A stretch of 60,164 bases of DNA from an uncultured Gemmatimonadaceae bacterium (GTDB taxonomy: Bacteria > Latescibacterota > UBA2968 > UBA8231). The translations under genes were made by a program, and so were the position numbers. The DNA lies in contig CALFPI010000259.1 in the NCBI GenBank assembly GCA_937919035.1, positions 1-60,164 of the forward strand. Direction: 5' to 3'. The notes beneath the pieces were generated by a model, which was not told the DNA's origin, did no database searches, and worked only from the letters and a program-made list of their open reading frames with translations. How positions within the stretch are numbered: the first letter of the stretch is position 1; every line of letters begins with the position of its first letter. Shown piece by piece: positions 44,510 through 53,697 of this stretch.

Positions 44510-46049
44510 GCAGGTAACCGGCGGCCAGTGCTGTGAAGTCCTGCACCTGCTGCCGTTCCCAGGTCTCATCCCGTCCCAGCTCCGTCGCCAGCAGTCGCGC
44601 TGCCATCGGCGCCGCCTCCATGGCGGCGCCGGCATCCAGCAGCAGGGCCCGCGTCCGCCGGGACAGCACATCCTCGACACGCAGGGCCATCTCGTGGCGC
44701 GCCGCCCAGACAACCTCACCTTGCGAGTATGGCAACTTCGGGTGTAGCGGCGCCGACAGATTCTCCCTCACTTCCAGCGCTTGCAGATCCTTCAGATCCG
44801 CACCGAAGGCCCGACGGTGGTCGGCGCCGGGGGCCGCCGCCGAGAGATTGCACCACCCATGGAGCGGCAGCGTTTCGGTCTGTGAGGGGCGGTGGGGCAG
44901 ACCGGCGACCGGTTCGGCGGCATCCACCGCCGCGGCCGCCATGCGTCGATAGGTTGTCCATTTGCCGCCGGCAATGGTGACCAGGCCCGCATCTGATACG
45001 GTGACGACGTGGTCCCGCGCCAGCACCGCCGTCGACGCCGCGCCCCGTTCCCGCACCAGTGCTCGCTGACCGGCGAAAGTACTCAGTACATCTGCAGCAC
45101 CAGGATCCTTGGCCAGATACCGCGAGGCCGTCCGCAGCAGAAAGTCGATCTCCTCGGCCAGCGGGCGCGGCTCCAGTTCCGCTTGTGGACGTTCGCTGTC
45201 GGTCGTGCCGAGCAGGACGCGATCGTTCCAGGGGATGGCGAACAGGACACGGCCATCCTCGGTCCGGGGAATCAGGATCGCCGTGTCAGATTCGAGAAAA
45301 GCCGCAGGCAAGACGATGTGTGCCCCCTGGCTGGGCACGATCCGGGCTGCTGCCGTTGGTTCGTCGAGGCGCCGCACGGCATCAGAAAAAATGCCAGCCG
45401 CATTGATAACGCTGCGCGTTTCGACGTCCCAGGCGGCACCGGTTTCCGAATCAACGAGATGGACGCCGGCGATGCGGCCCTGCTGCCGGCGCAGGGCCTC
45501 CACGCGGACACCGGTGAGCAGGATGGCACCGTGGTCGGCTGCCGTGCGTGCCAGTGTTACTGCGGCGCGCGCGTCATCAAACTGGCCGTCGCGATAGACG
45601 ACACCTCCCGTCAACTCAGCGGTCTCCAGGTTGCGGATGCGCGCCATCGTCTCGTCACGATCCAGGCGTTCACTGGCTGCCAACCCGAGGTCCCCCGCCA
45701 GTCGATCATAAAGGTCGAGGCCAATGCCGTACCAGACGCCCTGCCACCAGCGATAGCAGGGGACGAGAAAGGCCAACTCGCGCACCAGGTGGGGGGCATG
45801 GCGGAACCAGAGCCCGCGTTCGTACAGCGCCTCCCGCACGAGTTTAACGTTGCCCTGCTGCAGGTAGCGGACGCCGCCATGTACGAGTTTGGTGCTGCGA
45901 CTCGATGTGGCCTGCGCAAAGTCGCCCTGCTCCACCAGCAGCGTGCGGTAGCCGCGGGAGGCAGCGTCGACTGCAGCGCCGAGCCCGGTGGCGCCCCCAC
46001 CGATGATGACGACATCCCAACATGGGTCGGCAGCGACAGCGGCAAGCAT
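44499..46049 (-). CDS. glpD: FAD-dependent glycerol-3-phosphate dehydrogenase
   Basis: DVVIIGGGATGLGAAVDAASRG and STKLVHGGVRYL. ATG 46049 was chosen; TTG 46106 would overlap glpK by 46 nt. Confidence 0.85.
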   Translation of the reverse strand: MLAAVAADPCWDVVIIGGGATGLGAAVDAASRGYRTLLVEQGDFAQATSSRSTKLVHGGVRYLQQGNVKLVREALYERGLWFRHAPHLVRELAFLVPCYRWWQGVWYGIGLDLYDRLAGDLGLAASERLDRDETMARIRNLETAELTGGVVYRDGQFDDARAAVTLARTAADHGAILLTGVRVEALRRQQGRIAGVHLVDSETGAAWDVETRSVINAAGIFSDAVRRLDEPTAAARIVPSQGAHIVLPAAFLESDTAILIPRTEDGRVLFAIPWNDRVLLGTTDSERPQAELEPRPLAEEIDFLLRTASRYLAKDPGAADVLSTFAGQRALVRERGAASTAVLARDHVVTVSDAGLVTIAGGKWTTYRRMAAAAVDAAEPVAGLPHRPSQTETLPLHGWCNLSAAAPGADHRRAFGADLKDLQALEVRENLSAPLHPKLPYSQGEVVWAARHEMALRVEDVLSRRTRALLLDAGAAMEAAPMAARLLATELGRDETWERQQVQDFTALAAGYLPPR

Positions 46050-46060
46050 GGCGGCACGCT

Positions 46061-47554
46061 TCACGGCGGCGACCCGGAGCGTATGCGTTGCACCGTCTGT
46101 TGCCAATCGGCTTGTCGTTGCCCGCGTTCGGCGTCGGACAGAGCTGGCTGGAACATGCGTGGCGCCGGGCCTGCCGCCCGCAGAGCCTTTGGGTCGGACC
46201 AGAGGCCGGCGCCAAGTCCGGCCAGCATGGCGACCCCCGTCGCCGTGGTCTGCGTGTTCGCTGGCCGGACGACGGGCACGCCGCTGAGGTCGGCCTGCAG
46301 TTGCAGCAGCAGGTCACTTGCGGCGGCGCCGCCGTCGACGCGCAACTCGGTCAGTTGCTGCCTGGCATCCTGCTGCATGGCGGTCAGTACATCGACGACC
46401 TGAAATGCGATTGCTTCCAGCGTCGCCCGGGCCAGGTGGGCCCGGGTCGAGCCCTGCGTCAGGCCAAAAATCGCGCCGCGGGCCGCCGGGTCCCAGTGCG
46501 GCGCGCCAAGTCCGGCGAATGCGGGCACAAGTGTTACACCGCCTGCATCCGGCACCGACGCAGCCAGGTCGTTGATCTGCGCCGCCGAGTCGATGATGCC
46601 GAGACCGTCGCGCAACCATTGGATGGCTGCGCCTGCCGTGAAGACACTGCCCTCCAGTGCGTACTCCGGCGGTGCGCCGCGGAGTTGCCAGGCCGTCGTC
46701 GACAACAGACCGGCGTCGCTGGCCACGGGTGTGTGCCCCGTATGCATGAGCAGAAAGCAGCCCGTACCGTAGGTGTTCTTCGCCATTCCCGCAGATGTGC
46801 ACTGGTGACCGAACAGAGCCGCCTGCTGATCACCGGCAATCCCGGTGATCGGCAAGGGGGCGCCGAAGTGAGACGTTTCGGTGTGGGCCACAAGGCCACT
46901 GCTTGGATGTACTTCGGGCAAAAGCGCCGGTGGTACCGTAAACAACTCCAGCAACTCATCATCCCAGGTCATGTCGCCCAGATGGAACAACTGTGTGCGG
47001 CTGGCATTGGTCACATCCGTGGCATGCACGGCGCCGCCCGTCAACTTCCACAGCAGCCAGCTGTCAATCGTGCCCACTGCCAGTTGCCCCGCCTCGGCGC
47101 GCCGACGCGCAGCGGGCACATGATCGAGAAGCCAGGCGATCTTGGTGGCGCTGAAGTAAGGGTCCAGCACCAGGCCAGTGCGTTGGCGGATGCGGGTCTC
47201 GTGGCCTTCGGCTCGCAGGCGTTGGACGTGGTCCGTCGTGCGGCGATCCTGCCAGATGATGGCGTTGTGCAGAGGCCGACCCGTGCTCCGATCCCAGAGC
47301 ACAACACTCTCGCGCTGATTGGCAATGCCAATGGCAGTGACATCGGCGCCCGTGCGGCCTGCCTGGGATAGAGCCGCACGGGCTGTGTCCAGCTGGGTGG
47401 TCCAGATCTGCTCCGGATCCTGTTCGACCCATCCGGGTCGGGGAAAGATCTGTTGAGTGGCCTGTTGCGCCACCGACAGCACCTGCAACTGTTCGTCGAA
47501 CACCAGAGCCCGCGAGGAGCTGGTACCCTGGTCCAGGGCGAGCAGACAACTCAT
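46061..47554 (-). CDS. glpK: Glycerol kinase
   Basis: ALDQGTSSSRALVFD, GWVEQDP and the FGGY pattern throughout. The ATG overlaps the upstream stop (ATGA). Confidence 0.95.
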   Translation of the reverse strand: MSCLLALDQGTSSSRALVFDEQLQVLSVAQQATQQIFPRPGWVEQDPEQIWTTQLDTARAALSQAGRTGADVTAIGIANQRESVVLWDRSTGRPLHNAIIWQDRRTTDHVQRLRAEGHETRIRQRTGLVLDPYFSATKIAWLLDHVPAARRRAEAGQLAVGTIDSWLLWKLTGGAVHATDVTNASRTQLFHLGDMTWDDELLELFTVPPALLPEVHPSSGLVAHTETSHFGAPLPITGIAGDQQAALFGHQCTSAGMAKNTYGTGCFLLMHTGHTPVASDAGLLSTTAWQLRGAPPEYALEGSVFTAGAAIQWLRDGLGIIDSAAQINDLAASVPDAGGVTLVPAFAGLGAPHWDPAARGAIFGLTQGSTRAHLARATLEAIAFQVVDVLTAMQQDARQQLTELRVDGGAAASDLLLQLQADLSGVPVVRPANTQTTATGVAMLAGLGAGLWSDPKALRAAGPAPRMFQPALSDAERGQRQADWQQTVQRIRSGSPP

Positions 47555-48360
47555 GGGCGCTGGCGGGCGTACTGCGGGAACAGTTCATCATGCATGGCCG
47601 CGCACTGCTGCAGGTGCCGCATACGTGTCGGGCTGGCCGTGTCCAGCAGGGGCGCGAAGAACATGCCGGCACCGGTGTCGACCTTGTAGCCGCCGGGCGA
47701 GTGCACGCTGACGTACTGGCGCAGCAACGCCACGTCGTCGGGGCTGGCGCAGTGGCGGGTCAGATTCATGGTGAACATGCGACGTCGGTTGCTGCCGCCG
47801 AAAGCCGAGTGGTAGAGATCGTGGTTGAAGATGACGACATCTCCCGGCTGTGACGCCAGCACGACACGCCCCGGAAAGTCACGCGGCTCCACGCCGAACA
47901 GATCCATCGCCTTGTTCGGATCCATGGTGTCCGCACGGAGAAAGTGGTCGGGCCGCTGGCTGCCGGGAATCACCCGCAAGGCTCCCTTGTCCGCCGTCAG
48001 GGGATCGAGGTAGAAGGCGACCTTGCAGGCAAACAACTGGCCCCAGTTGCCGTCGGGATGCCAGCCTGTGTCGCCGGCGTAGTAGTTGCCGTCCCCCGAG
48101 GCATAGTTGAAGTCGTCACCCAGTACACTGCCGACGAGTTCTACGATGCGGCTGTCATCGAGCAGGGCACACAGCGCCGGTCGATGCTCGATGGGGCCAC
48201 CGAACATGGTGCGCTTGCTGCCGTCGTGCCCGCCGCCGCCGAGCAACTGAATGGATTGCTCGAACTCGTCGATGATTGTCGCCATCTCGCCGGCATCGAA
48301 CATGGCGGGACAGGACAGATAGCCGAAGGTGTGAAAGAAACGGATCTGCGCCTTCGTCAT
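47551..48360 (-). CDS. PhyH-family Fe(II)/2OG dioxygenase
   Basis: N-terminus QIRFFHTFGYL, HxD in GWHPDGNW, and a distal His in IFNHDLYHSAFGG. ATG 48360 forms an ATGA overlap with the upstream stop. Confidence 0.75.
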   Translation of the reverse strand: MTKAQIRFFHTFGYLSCPAMFDAGEMATIIDEFEQSIQLLGGGGHDGSKRTMFGGPIEHRPALCALLDDSRIVELVGSVLGDDFNYASGDGNYYAGDTGWHPDGNWGQLFACKVAFYLDPLTADKGALRVIPGSQRPDHFLRADTMDPNKAMDLFGVEPRDFPGRVVLASQPGDVVIFNHDLYHSAFGGSNRRRMFTMNLTRHCASPDDVALLRQYVSVHSPGGYKVDTGAGMFFAPLLDTASPTRMRHLQQCAAMHDELFPQYARQRP

Positions 48361-50324
48361 CCGAAGAAAACTCCTCTCAAAGTATTGGACTGCATGCCAG
48401 TGCAAGCGTCAACGATGACCCAGAAGCCACCAACGCTGGCCTCACCCAGAATCAAGCCGAGAAAGATGGGCCGCAGCCGCGCCAGCAGCAGCGGGCCACC
48501 GTACTTGAGGATCGTCGTCTTCACCAGCAACGCGAGAAAGACACTGAACCACATGCCGCCAAACACGCAGCTTACCGGATAACCCAGGGGATGGAACGGC
48601 CACCACAGGTAATGGTGCTGTACCGCCATCAATCCGGCCATGACCGCCGCCCCGGCGATGGTATGCAGCGAGCCGATCCAGCTGGGCGCAAAAGGTGTGT
48701 CGATGTTGATCTGCAGGAACTGGAAGGGATACTGCGAGACATTGTTGAAATAGAAGGGCGACAAGTTGATGGCGCCGTGTTCGTATCCCAGGTACAGAAT
48801 CAGCCCGATCGACGTCGGCAGCGTCACCAGGATTACGGCGACGATGCCACCGAACATGCGTCGATGTCGATGTACCGCACCGACCTCGGTAAGCAGCTTG
48901 AGTCCGTTGGCGACGGCTGTCATCATCAGGATCAGCGTGTCGACGCTCCAGGCGTAACACAACGACAGACCGGCCATGCCCTTGGCGCCGATCACCGACG
49001 ATCCAACGGCGGAGACAACAAAATCCGGCGGGTTCGTCGGCGGAAACATGTTGGCCACGCCGCCCTGCGCCACGGTGCGTGAAATGGCGATGAAGATGAT
49101 GAAGGCCGACGCCAGCAACAGCACCACCACGGGCGGCGGAATGCCGATGCGCCAGAGCCACACAGCCATCACGGCCAGGCCAATGCCGGTACCGGCGACG
49201 GCCATGCGATAGGACAGAATCTCATCACTGTCGTCGATGCCGGGGTCGCCGGTGAAAGCCTTGCGGAACACGACCTTCAGATGCGCCCGGCCGATCCACA
49301 AGGTGCCGATGACGAGGACGATCATCGCCCCCATCGCCTGGTGGATGATGTCGGGCTCGGTATACTGGCTGTAGGCGCCCATAGCGTCTTCCTTGGTTCC
49401 CCATCCCATGAAACCCCACAGCCCGCGCTGCACCGTCGTCATCAGGTAGAAGAAGCAGAGCCCGGCGGCAATGCCTGGTGGTACGAAGTACGAAAAACCC
49501 ACCATCGACGCAGAGATTCGCAGCTCGATCGCGGCCATGCCACGCAGGATCGGAATGGATGGCAGATAGGTAACCACCGTAGGCACCACGGGGTAGTAGT
49601 TGTGCAGCGCATTGAGCGATCCCATGGCGAAGGGGATGGCGAACCCCACCCACAACATCCAGTTCTTGAACAGCGGTTTCATCACCCCCGTGTCAGCATC
49701 CTGCTGATCGATCATGGCCAGCGGCAGTTGCACCATGGGGTAGGCGAGACGCTCGTACTCCACCCATTGTTTGCGCAGGATAACCATGATACACGTCATC
49801 GTCAGGAACAGGGCCAGAGCGAAGATGCCCCACCAGACCAGGGGCAGGGCCCACGACTCCCACGGGATGGCACCGCCCGGGCTGCCTTCGTAGAACTGCC
49901 ACATGGCGTCGCGGCCCTGGGGCAGGGGCCAGGTGGGCAGATTTGGCTGCACGACGTTGCCCCAGTCATTCTCCGGTGTCGCGTAGTAGGTGGAGCCGGT
50001 GATCACCGGCAGGATCTGACTGGAGAAGCCGCGACCGGTCAACGTATTGGCGACCAGAATCAGGACGTAGGCAACAGCCAGTTCCGCCTTCGTCAACGCC
50101 CACGGCCGATGCAGCCGACCGACGGTTGTATTGACGACAAAGACGAGGACGAAAAACACGCAGATCGCGCCGGGGGTCCAATTCCAGGTCGCCAGCCCCG
50201 ACCCCTTGATCATCATGTCGTTCCACGTGGACCCCAGACTGAGAATCAGGGCCCCCGCCAGACCCGTCAGCAGAGCACGTAGGCTGCATCCACGACGATG
50301 ATTGTGATCTTCGGTTTTGCGCAT
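48357..50324 (-). CDS. Large polytopic membrane protein of unknown function (DUF6784/DUF6785-like, from memory)
   Basis: 655 aa from ATG 50324, with at least 12 hydrophobic segments. I recognise no known transporter signature. Confidence 0.6.
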   Translation of the reverse strand: MRKTEDHNHRRGCSLRALLTGLAGALILSLGSTWNDMMIKGSGLATWNWTPGAICVFFVLVFVVNTTVGRLHRPWALTKAELAVAYVLILVANTLTGRGFSSQILPVITGSTYYATPENDWGNVVQPNLPTWPLPQGRDAMWQFYEGSPGGAIPWESWALPLVWWGIFALALFLTMTCIMVILRKQWVEYERLAYPMVQLPLAMIDQQDADTGVMKPLFKNWMLWVGFAIPFAMGSLNALHNYYPVVPTVVTYLPSIPILRGMAAIELRISASMVGFSYFVPPGIAAGLCFFYLMTTVQRGLWGFMGWGTKEDAMGAYSQYTEPDIIHQAMGAMIVLVIGTLWIGRAHLKVVFRKAFTGDPGIDDSDEILSYRMAVAGTGIGLAVMAVWLWRIGIPPPVVVLLLASAFIIFIAISRTVAQGGVANMFPPTNPPDFVVSAVGSSVIGAKGMAGLSLCYAWSVDTLILMMTAVANGLKLLTEVGAVHRHRRMFGGIVAVILVTLPTSIGLILYLGYEHGAINLSPFYFNNVSQYPFQFLQINIDTPFAPSWIGSLHTIAGAAVMAGLMAVQHHYLWWPFHPLGYPVSCVFGGMWFSVFLALLVKTTILKYGGPLLLARLRPIFLGLILGEASVGGFWVIVDACTGMQSNTLRGVFFG

Positions 50325-50394
50325 TTGTTGTAGTATACACCCGTGGATGGCAGCCCGTATACGGGCACTACCGGGACAGAGAGGCAGGTTGCGC

Positions 50395-51462
50395 GTGCAG
50401 CGTTTCAGCGTCAGTCGAGATGACAGCATCTACGAAGCTTTCCCCGATGTGGCCCGGACGCCCGCTGGGCGGCTGGTGTGTGTCTTTGCCGAGTGTACCC
50501 ATCACCGGGATCGTGGTTATACGCGAGCCATGGTGACCACCTCCGATGACCGGGGCCGAAGCTGGTCTCCCAAGCGCGGCCTGAGCGAACCTCTGCGGGG
50601 CGATCCGAAGCAGGATCCCTGGTGGAACTGTCCGCGCGTGTCCTGTCTGCGGGATGGGAGACTGGTGGCCGTGTGTGATCGGATCTCCGGCCGTGGCGAG
50701 GGCAACATCGGCGGCCAACAGAGCAACTGGCTGTGGTTCAGTGCCGACGGCGGCGATACCTGGACGGAGCCGGTGGCCACACCCGTCGTCGGTATCGTGC
50801 CCGATCAGCTGATTGAATTGCAGCACGGCGAACAGGCCGGGCGCTGGTTGCTGACGGCACATACCCGACTGCCTCCGGCGGAAACGCCCCTGTGGACGGT
50901 ACGCACCTGGTCCAGCGACGATCAGGGGGCCTCGTGGCAGGGTCCACACAGGATCGCTGAAGTCCCCGGGTTGCAGTTGTGTGAACCCTCTCTCGTCGAG
51001 TTGCCCACGGGTGCGGTGGTAGCTTTTCTGAGGGAAAATTCTGGCCAAGGCCTCGACGCCTTCAAGTCTATCAGCCTCGATGGTGGACAGACCTGGCAAG
51101 GGCCGTGGCGCTTTCCTCTGCCGGGGTGCCACCGGCCCGTGGCGGGGATGCTGCACAACGGCCTGTTGCTGATCACGCATCGCTATATGCAGGGCGGCAA
51201 AGGCTGGGTAGGTTGGTGGACGCAGAATTTCTTTGCAGCATTGACGGACGTGGCGTCCTGTCTGGCGCCCGAGCGAAATGCAGCGCACACGCGCATTCTG
51301 CCGCTGGATTTTGACCGCCATCCAGAGTCGGATACAGGATACTCCGGCTGGGTGCAGTTCGACGACGGCGAGATCTACGTGGTCAATTATATCCTCGACG
51401 ACGCACCGAAGGCGCAGATCCGTGGGTATTCTCTGCGCGCCGAGGATTTTTTGTTGGCCTAG
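50395..51462 (+). CDS. BNR/Asp-box repeat protein (sialidase-like beta-propeller), no signal peptide
   Basis: Four Asp-boxes: SDDRGRSW, SADGGDTW, SDDQGASW and SLDGGQTW. GTG 50395 was chosen (AGAGGCAGG lies 6 nt upstream). ATG 50347 and 50317 are alternatives but crowd the divergent gene. Confidence 0.7.
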   Translation: MQRFSVSRDDSIYEAFPDVARTPAGRLVCVFAECTHHRDRGYTRAMVTTSDDRGRSWSPKRGLSEPLRGDPKQDPWWNCPRVSCLRDGRLVAVCDRISGRGEGNIGGQQSNWLWFSADGGDTWTEPVATPVVGIVPDQLIELQHGEQAGRWLLTAHTRLPPAETPLWTVRTWSSDDQGASWQGPHRIAEVPGLQLCEPSLVELPTGAVVAFLRENSGQGLDAFKSISLDGGQTWQGPWRFPLPGCHRPVAGMLHNGLLLITHRYMQGGKGWVGWWTQNFFAALTDVASCLAPERNAAHTRILPLDFDRHPESDTGYSGWVQFDDGEIYVVNYILDDAPKAQIRGYSLRAEDFLLA

Positions 51463-51570
51463 GGGGTGGCAGCGGCTACCGCCCTTGCCGGCAACCACGG
51501 GCCTGCCCTTACTCCCTTCATCCTGCTCCTTTCATCCGATCCACTCCCGCCAGACCTGAGAGAGACGATC

Positions 51571-53340
51571 ATGGCTGCTCCGTACAAACCACTGCTCGAC
51601 CTTGATACCGCCGTCGCGCCACCTCGCTGGGCCCTGCTGGAGCGCCACCTGTTGCATACGCAGGCGCAGGCCTGTCGTGATTTCTTCGCCAAATATTTCG
51701 ACCCCTGCTCCGGCCACCTGCTGTGTGTGCCGCGTTGGGGGGGCGACGATGGACCCGATGATGCCGCCGAGAACCAGTTGAATTGGACCATGCTCCACGC
51801 TTTGGGTGGGCCCGCCGATATCCTCGACATGTTCCGGGTGGGCTTCGAGGGCCACATCGATCAGTACACCAAGGCCCGCACCATCGACGTGCCCATGGCG
51901 CGCGATGGCATGTACTACAAAGAATTCCCCGTGTCACTGGATTGGTTCCATCATGGCGAAGGCCTGTCCTCGTACCTGTTGTACGGATTGAGCGATCCCT
52001 ACGACGCCAACTACGAGCGTCGCTTCCGCCGCTGGGCATCCATGTATGATGGCACCGACGAGTCTGCACCGAACTACGACCCCAAGCACCGCATCATCCG
52101 CTCCATGTTCAACGGCAGCCGCGGCCCGCTCATGCGCAAGGCGACGGGATTGGACTGGGCCGGTGACCCCATCGAGATCGAGGGCCGTTTCGGACCCGGT
52201 CACGGCGAGCGCACCTTTGGCGAAATGCTGGCGCACTTCGAACAATACACCGACGTCGTTGGTGATTGTCCGCTGAACCTCGAGGCGACCCACCTGGGCC
52301 TTGTCGCCTACATGATCACCGGCGAAGAGCAGTACCGGAACTGGGTCATCGACTACGTCGATGCATGGATGCAGCGCACCGATGAGAACGGCGGCATCAT
52401 CCCTTCCAACATTGGCCTCGACGGCACGATTGGTGGCGCCGCAAACGGCAACTGGTGGGGGGGCTGTTATGGCTGGGGCTTCACCGTTACCGTGCCGCAG
52501 ACGGGAGAAAAGGCCAATCGACCCGCCTGTTACAGCCGGGCCCACTATGGCTTTGGCCACGGTCTGCTGCTGACGGGGGATACGTCCTACGTCGATACGT
52601 GGCGTGGCGTGCTCGACAAAGTCAACGAGAACGCCAGGGAGGAAGGGGGCCAAACCGTCTATCCCCACATGCATGGCGCCGATGGTTGGTACGATTTCCG
52701 TCCGCACCCATTTTCGCCCGGCGTCCACGATGTGTGGTACTGGTCGCAGCGGGACTCCGACCGGCAGCGCATCGCCGGCGACAAGTGGGTGCAGTTCCTC
52801 GAAGGGGACAATCCACTGTACCCGGAAGCCGAGCTCGACCGCAGCCTGGCCCAGGTGCGGGATCGCATGTCACGGATGGCCGCCGATGACACCGCCCCGG
52901 ACACACGTCTGTCCGACGACATGAACTCGATCAACCCGGCCGTCACCGAAAGCCTCGTGCGACTCATGCTTGGCGGCATTCCCGTGGGGCGTTCGGCGCA
53001 TACGCTGCACTGCCGTCTGCGCTACTTTGATCCGGAAACTCGACGGGCCGGGCTGCCGCCGGACGTAGCCGCCCTCGTCGACGCCATGAGTGATGACGAA
53101 GTCCGAGTGCAGTTGATCAACCTGGACCCCATACGCGAACGCCACGTCGTCATCCAGGGCGGCGCCTATGGCGAACACAGGATGGGCAGCGTCGCCGTCG
53201 AAGATGGCGTCAAGGTGGATGTACCCGGCGACGGTTCCGCCTTCACCGTGCGCCTGGCACCGGGTGCCGGCAGCCGTTTGACGATTTCCCAGAAGCGCTT
53301 TTCGCGGCAGCCAACGTTCACCTTCCCCTGGGACCGCTAG
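51571..53340 (+). CDS. Hypothetical 589-aa protein, possibly an (alpha/alpha)-toroid glycan-active enzyme
   Basis: Clean ORF from ATG 51571 (GAGAGAGA upstream), Trp/Gly/Asp-rich like glycoside hydrolases/lyases. No family recognised. Confidence 0.5.
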   Translation: MAAPYKPLLDLDTAVAPPRWALLERHLLHTQAQACRDFFAKYFDPCSGHLLCVPRWGGDDGPDDAAENQLNWTMLHALGGPADILDMFRVGFEGHIDQYTKARTIDVPMARDGMYYKEFPVSLDWFHHGEGLSSYLLYGLSDPYDANYERRFRRWASMYDGTDESAPNYDPKHRIIRSMFNGSRGPLMRKATGLDWAGDPIEIEGRFGPGHGERTFGEMLAHFEQYTDVVGDCPLNLEATHLGLVAYMITGEEQYRNWVIDYVDAWMQRTDENGGIIPSNIGLDGTIGGAANGNWWGGCYGWGFTVTVPQTGEKANRPACYSRAHYGFGHGLLLTGDTSYVDTWRGVLDKVNENAREEGGQTVYPHMHGADGWYDFRPHPFSPGVHDVWYWSQRDSDRQRIAGDKWVQFLEGDNPLYPEAELDRSLAQVRDRMSRMAADDTAPDTRLSDDMNSINPAVTESLVRLMLGGIPVGRSAHTLHCRLRYFDPETRRAGLPPDVAALVDAMSDDEVRVQLINLDPIRERHVVIQGGAYGEHRMGSVAVEDGVKVDVPGDGSAFTVRLAPGAGSRLTISQKRFSRQPTFTFPWDR

Positions 53341-53346
53341 GCCGGG

Positions 53347-53384
53347 CCGTCGCAGCCTCGGCGTCGGCTGCGACGGCGGTTTTG
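53347..53384 (+). terminator. Intrinsic terminator
   Basis: ccgtcgcagcc-tcggcgtc-ggctgcgacgg forms an 11-bp perfect stem. It is followed by cggTTTTg. Confidence 0.7.
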
Positions 53385-53428
53385 CGGCCTGATCTCAGGT
53401 TCCCTTGAACAACAGCCAAACAGGCGTC

Positions 53429-53657
53429 ATGCAGGAGCAACGATTCGTGCGCTGCGAAGAGATCGACTACGAGATCCATGGCAATGACCTGCAGGGCACG
53501 GGCACCGTGTATCTGCAGAGCCTGCCATTTTCGCGCCTGCCATTTTCGCGCCTGGCAGGATCGGATTCTGGCCACCGCCCCGGCCGCCGGCGGCAAACGC
53601 ACGGGGGAGGGTTCTGTCCTTGGTGGTCTCGGGGACCTGCTCAACGGCGACAACAGG
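53429..53657 (+). pseudogene. Remnant of an AIM24 (TIGR00266/DUF124) family gene
   Basis: Frame 2 reads MQEQRFVRCEEIDYEIHGNDLQ|GTGTVYLQSLPFSRL(PFSRL)AG. Frame 3 continues DRILATAPAAGGKRTGEGSVLGGLGDLLNGDN. These match the extreme N- and C-termini of the family, with about 200 internal codons missing. A 15-bp duplication and a 1-nt frameshift are also present. Confidence 0.55.
53521..53559. repeat. 15-bp tandem repeat x2.6 (cctgccattttcgcg)
   Basis: Two perfect copies plus a partial one. They duplicate PFSRL inside the AIM24 remnant. Confidence 0.95.
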
Positions 53658-53697
53658 CGAGCGGCCAGCGGCCTTGCCGCAAGCCGTTGTCAGCCCG

